The notes under the pieces: generated by a model
The model's input: only the letters and a program-made list of their open reading frames with translations
Told to the model about the DNA's origin: nothing
Database searches by the model: none
Program-made: the position numbers and the translations under genes
Shown: in pieces, positions 61,021-64,000 of the stretch
Layout: every line of letters begins with the position of its first letter
Numbering within the stretch: position 1 is the stretch's first letter
Source of the DNA: a virus
Reading direction: 5' to 3' (one strand)
Length of the DNA: 64,000 nucleotides
Virus record (IMG/VR): IMGVR_UViG_3300029774_000001

Positions 61021-62523
61021 ATGTTACGGTTATTGTTTACAACAGAGGACAATGTTCACCAAATGACCGTCGTAACCGACGGAATCGACGGTCAGATGAA
61101 GGTTTTCGTTACAGAAAGCCTCTATGGTGACGTGGAATATTATAAGGGGCTGGGTATCGTGATTGAACCCGGACACACCTATAATATCGGACAGTTCAAG
61201 GAATGGGCGTTTAAGGCGCTTGTTAAGCTTATCTCATATCCGGAAGGATTCGGAGAAGAAGGCGCGGTATTGTCGGACGTGCAGGAAGTTGTGGAATACG
61301 TATTGGAGACTAAAGAACCTACACTCAATTTCCCTGCAAAGGGAGGTGATGATATGTGCGTAGTGACGTCTTCAAAGCAGACTTTCAAGAATGGACAACC
61401 AGTAGGACATCCGGAAGGCGTACCAGTGGAATTCTCAATATCTGGGGCAGGATTCAAGGTTGACGGTGGAGGACAAGTAACGGTTGACGAGAACCCCAAC
61501 AACACGACAAGAAAAGCGGTAGTGACGGTTAAACAGAATGAAAGCGGAAAGACATTGCAGATTACATGCAACCAGGCTGCATCTACTGTAACCTACGAAT
61601 ATGCGCTTACAGTAGACCCGACAGCGGTAACGTTCGACGGTGCAGGAGGTGAAAAGCTGGTTACCGTGACTTCTACAAGAACAAAAGTTCTGAACGGGGT
61701 AAAACAGCAGGCAGAAAGCTATCCTACGGACATAGAGCTTGCAGGTGAGGGATTCAGCTATGAAGTGAGCGGAAACAACTACAATCTGAAAGCCGAGGAG
61801 AATACCGGGACCTCACAGAGAACAGGAAAGGCAACCATTTCACAGGAAGGCGGAAAGACCGTACAGATGAACTTGACACAGAATGCGGCTACGGTGACGT
61901 ATGACTATGCACTTACAGCCAACTCACAGACCATACAGTTTGTAGCGCTTGGAGAAACGAAGAGTTTACAAGTTGTTTCAACAAGACAGAAAAAAGTTAA
62001 CGGTAAACCGTCTGGTGATGTCGAGAAGGTAGATACGACTGCACAAATTACCGGAACCGGATTTAGCGAGACTTCATCAGAAACCACCAATGGAGAGAAT
62101 TATAGCATAGTGGCAGCAGAGAACAAGGCAGAAACAGCTAATAACGGTTCTATTACCATTACACAGACTGGAAGTAACAAGACGGTAAAGGTTACGTTAA
62201 CACAGCTTGCAGCGACAGTTACCTATGAATATACATTGACTACAGACCCGACAACACTTTCATTTGCAGCAGCAGGAGAAACAAAGATATTCGGTGTTTC
62301 AAGCAAGAAGCAGAAGAAAGTGAATGGGAAGAATGACGGTTCACCTATGACGGTTGACTACACTACTGTAGTGAGTGGTACGGGATTTACCAAGGGTTCT
62401 ACTGAATATTCTGTAGTGGCGGATGCAAATACTGGCGCACAGCGTACCGGAACGGCAGTTGTTACGGCAGTAGAAGGAGGAAAGAAAGCGACGGTAAACC
62501 TTACACAATTGGCTGGAGAATAA
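61021..62523 (+). CDS. BACON/Ig-like repeat protein, candidate capsid or tail decoration
   Basis: First ATG (MLRLLF..). Four ~100-aa repeats with the pattern TVTYEYALT..P..L.F.A.GE.K...V.S...K.VNG...GTGF....Y.V.A..N.....R.G...T....K...V.LTQ.A. Confidence 0.65.
   Translation: MLRLLFTTEDNVHQMTVVTDGIDGQMKVFVTESLYGDVEYYKGLGIVIEPGHTYNIGQFKEWAFKALVKLISYPEGFGEEGAVLSDVQEVVEYVLETKEPTLNFPAKGGDDMCVVTSSKQTFKNGQPVGHPEGVPVEFSISGAGFKVDGGGQVTVDENPNNTTRKAVVTVKQNESGKTLQITCNQAASTVTYEYALTVDPTAVTFDGAGGEKLVTVTSTRTKVLNGVKQQAESYPTDIELAGEGFSYEVSGNNYNLKAEENTGTSQRTGKATISQEGGKTVQMNLTQNAATVTYDYALTANSQTIQFVALGETKSLQVVSTRQKKVNGKPSGDVEKVDTTAQITGTGFSETSSETTNGENYSIVAAENKAETANNGSITITQTGSNKTVKVTLTQLAATVTYEYTLTTDPTTLSFAAAGETKIFGVSSKKQKKVNGKNDGSPMTVDYTTVVSGTGFTKGSTEYSVVADANTGAQRTGTAVVTAVEGGKKATVNLTQLAGE
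61300..62520 (+). repeat. Four in-frame tandem BACON-like domain repeats
   Basis: Unit starts are near 61300, 61576, 61882 and 62206. Confidence 0.65.
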
Positions 62524-62535
62524 AAATTGTTTACA

Positions 62536-64000
62536 ATGGGAAAGAGAAAAGGAAAGATAATACAAAAAGCGGAAAAGCCGGATTTGGTTGCAAGTCTTTC
62601 GAGTTTGTCCATTGAAGAGATAGACATGCTGCAAAAGGCTGCACCTATGGCATTCCAAAGCAAATTGCAGGCTGCGTTAAACTCAAACGATGCAGGGGAG
62701 ATAATGAAGGCTAATTTGTATCTGGGAGAAATCAATAGACAGCCTACAAAAATTCAGTCTGTTTTCTTTGACCCTAACGACATATCTGGTAACGGAAGAG
62801 GATTCAAGGATTCTAAAGGGGTTCTGTCCTTTTCCGTATTGCGCCGGATGGGGGACATTCATATAGTGAAAAGTATCGTGTCTACACGCGTGGAGCAGAT
62901 AATGAACTTTATGGACTTTTCGGAAGACGAGCAGAAGGAGGGTTTCACAATCAGAAAGAAGAAGAGCCTTTTTTCTACCGGGGATGAGAAATTGACAAAC
63001 GAGGACAAGAAAAAGATTTCAAAGATAGTTGATTTCCTGGAAAAGGGAGGATGGACGGACAAATGGGACAATGTGGACAGTTTGCAGGAATTTGTAAGTA
63101 AAATAATGTCGGATAGTCTTACATTAGACCAGTTGGCCTTTGAAATGGTCCGCAACAGAATGTGGGAATTGCAGAAGTTCCGCGCTGTGGATGCTTCTCT
63201 GATACGTTTTCTTGACAGCGTAGACCCCAGACAAAGGGAAGGTTTCGAGCAGTACAGATTCAAGGGGCATTTGCCGCGTTACTGCATGGTGTGGGATGAA
63301 ATGATTCTTCATAACCCTATAACGAAGGAACCGATATTGTATTACCCATGGGAGCTTGGATTCGGTATCAGAAACAAGACATCTGATGTAAGAAGAAACG
63401 GGTATGGAGTATCGGAATTGGAAACGTTGGTGAATATCATAACCTGGATATTATGGGGCTTTTCTTATAATGCGAATTTCTTTTGCGTTTCACCGGAAAC
63501 ACTCGTTACGACGAATAAGGGTTTAAGAAGAATAAAGGATTTGGTAGGTACAGAATTTGAAGTTTTTGACGGTGTGGAATACTGTAAGGCATCCGCATAT
63601 AAGACAAGAATAGATGATTTGTACGAAACAAGACTGTATAACGGCTTAAAGATAAGAACAAGCCGCGAACACAGATTCTTGACTATAACGGATAAAGATA
63701 AATCTCCTAAATGGAAAGAACAAAAGGATTTGACTACGGATGATTATTGTTTAGTAGATATAAATACTTATGGAGATTTTCATGAGGAAGATTATTTCAT
63801 AGGAAGAGAATATTTTAGAGAATTTACTAACCCAACAAAGGAAGCTGTTCTTAAAAAAGAAAAAACTTTTACCCCTTCTTTGGAGATGGTGAAAGATAAG
63901 TATTTTTGGGAAATGATTGGTTTTGCTTTAGGGGATGGTACCTGGTTGGAACATATACTTGAAATTTTCCCACACCATACAAAAGATAAAAAACTTTTTG
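62536..64000 (+). CDS. Probable portal protein (3' end beyond the window), interrupted by an intein
   Basis: ATG at 62536 and open to the window end (absent from the ORF track because no stop is reached). Portal call rests on position at the head-morphogenesis end, the R-N-G-Y-G-V-S-E-L-E segment, and absence of a Walker A motif; it is tentative. Confidence 0.5.
   Translation, partial: MGKRKGKIIQKAEKPDLVASLSSLSIEEIDMLQKAAPMAFQSKLQAALNSNDAGEIMKANLYLGEINRQPTKIQSVFFDPNDISGNGRGFKDSKGVLSFSVLRRMGDIHIVKSIVSTRVEQIMNFMDFSEDEQKEGFTIRKKKSLFSTGDEKLTNEDKKKISKIVDFLEKGGWTDKWDNVDSLQEFVSKIMSDSLTLDQLAFEMVRNRMWELQKFRAVDASLIRFLDSVDPRQREGFEQYRFKGHLPRYCMVWDEMILHNPITKEPILYYPWELGFGIRNKTSDVRRNGYGVSELETLVNIITWILWGFSYNANFFCVSPETLVTTNKGLRRIKDLVGTEFEVFDGVEYCKASAYKTRIDDLYETRLYNGLKIRTSREHRFLTITDKDKSPKWKEQKDLTTDDYCLVDINTYGDFHEEDYFIGREYFREFTNPTKEAVLKKEKTFTPSLEMVKDKYFWEMIGFALGDGTWLEHILEIFPHHTKDKKLF
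63484..64000 (+). mobile_element. Intein (Hint domain + LAGLIDADG homing endonuclease), N-terminal part
   Basis: Block A C-V-S-P-E-T-L-V-T-T-N-K-G starts at Cys 63484. Block B is T-S-R-E-H-R-F-L-T and the LAGLIDADG motif is F-W-E-M-I-G-F-A-L-G-D-G-T. The extein sequence ..SYNANFF stops abruptly before it. Confidence 0.8.

Overview
AT-rich 64-kb stretch of a large tailed dsDNA phage (Caudoviricetes). The host is probably a Bacteroidota, judged from repeated Bacteroides-type TTTG/TAnnTTTG promoters, BACON-like repeats and BspA-type LRRs. All but two genes are on the + strand. Layout: (1) 1-12.4 kb, tail-fibre/adhesin genes. (2) 12.5-55.5 kb, many small early-type genes plus a full replication/recombination module: DnaB-like helicase, DnaG-like primase, MazG, a DnaE-type polymerase split into two ORFs, a gp32-like SSB candidate, SbcD-RecA-SbcC, RuvC-like resolvase, NAD+ ligase, SNF2 helicase, RNase H, UvrD-like helicase and an M15 peptidase. 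(3) 55.6-58.3 kb, a divergent regulatory region. (4) 58.3-64 kb, holin, BACON-repeat protein and a probable portal gene. Main findings: (a) A perfect 78-bp inverted repeat (2341-2418 / 5399-5476) brackets a 2,980-bp segment holding two convergent, paralogous tail-fibre C-terminal cassettes. This is the architecture of a Mu G-segment-like invertible host-range switch, but no invertase lies in the window. (b) A roughly 110-bp promoter/operator/leader cassette recurs 8 times. (c) DnaE is split exactly before its PDxD catalytic motif. (d) A Hint + LAGLIDADG intein interrupts the probable portal gene. (e) A structured terminator-like leader precedes the peptidoglycan hydrolase gene. (f) A polypurine/G-run tract and a long structured leader lie next to a lone antisense membrane zincin gene. 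All functional calls rest on motifs read by eye; no database search was possible.
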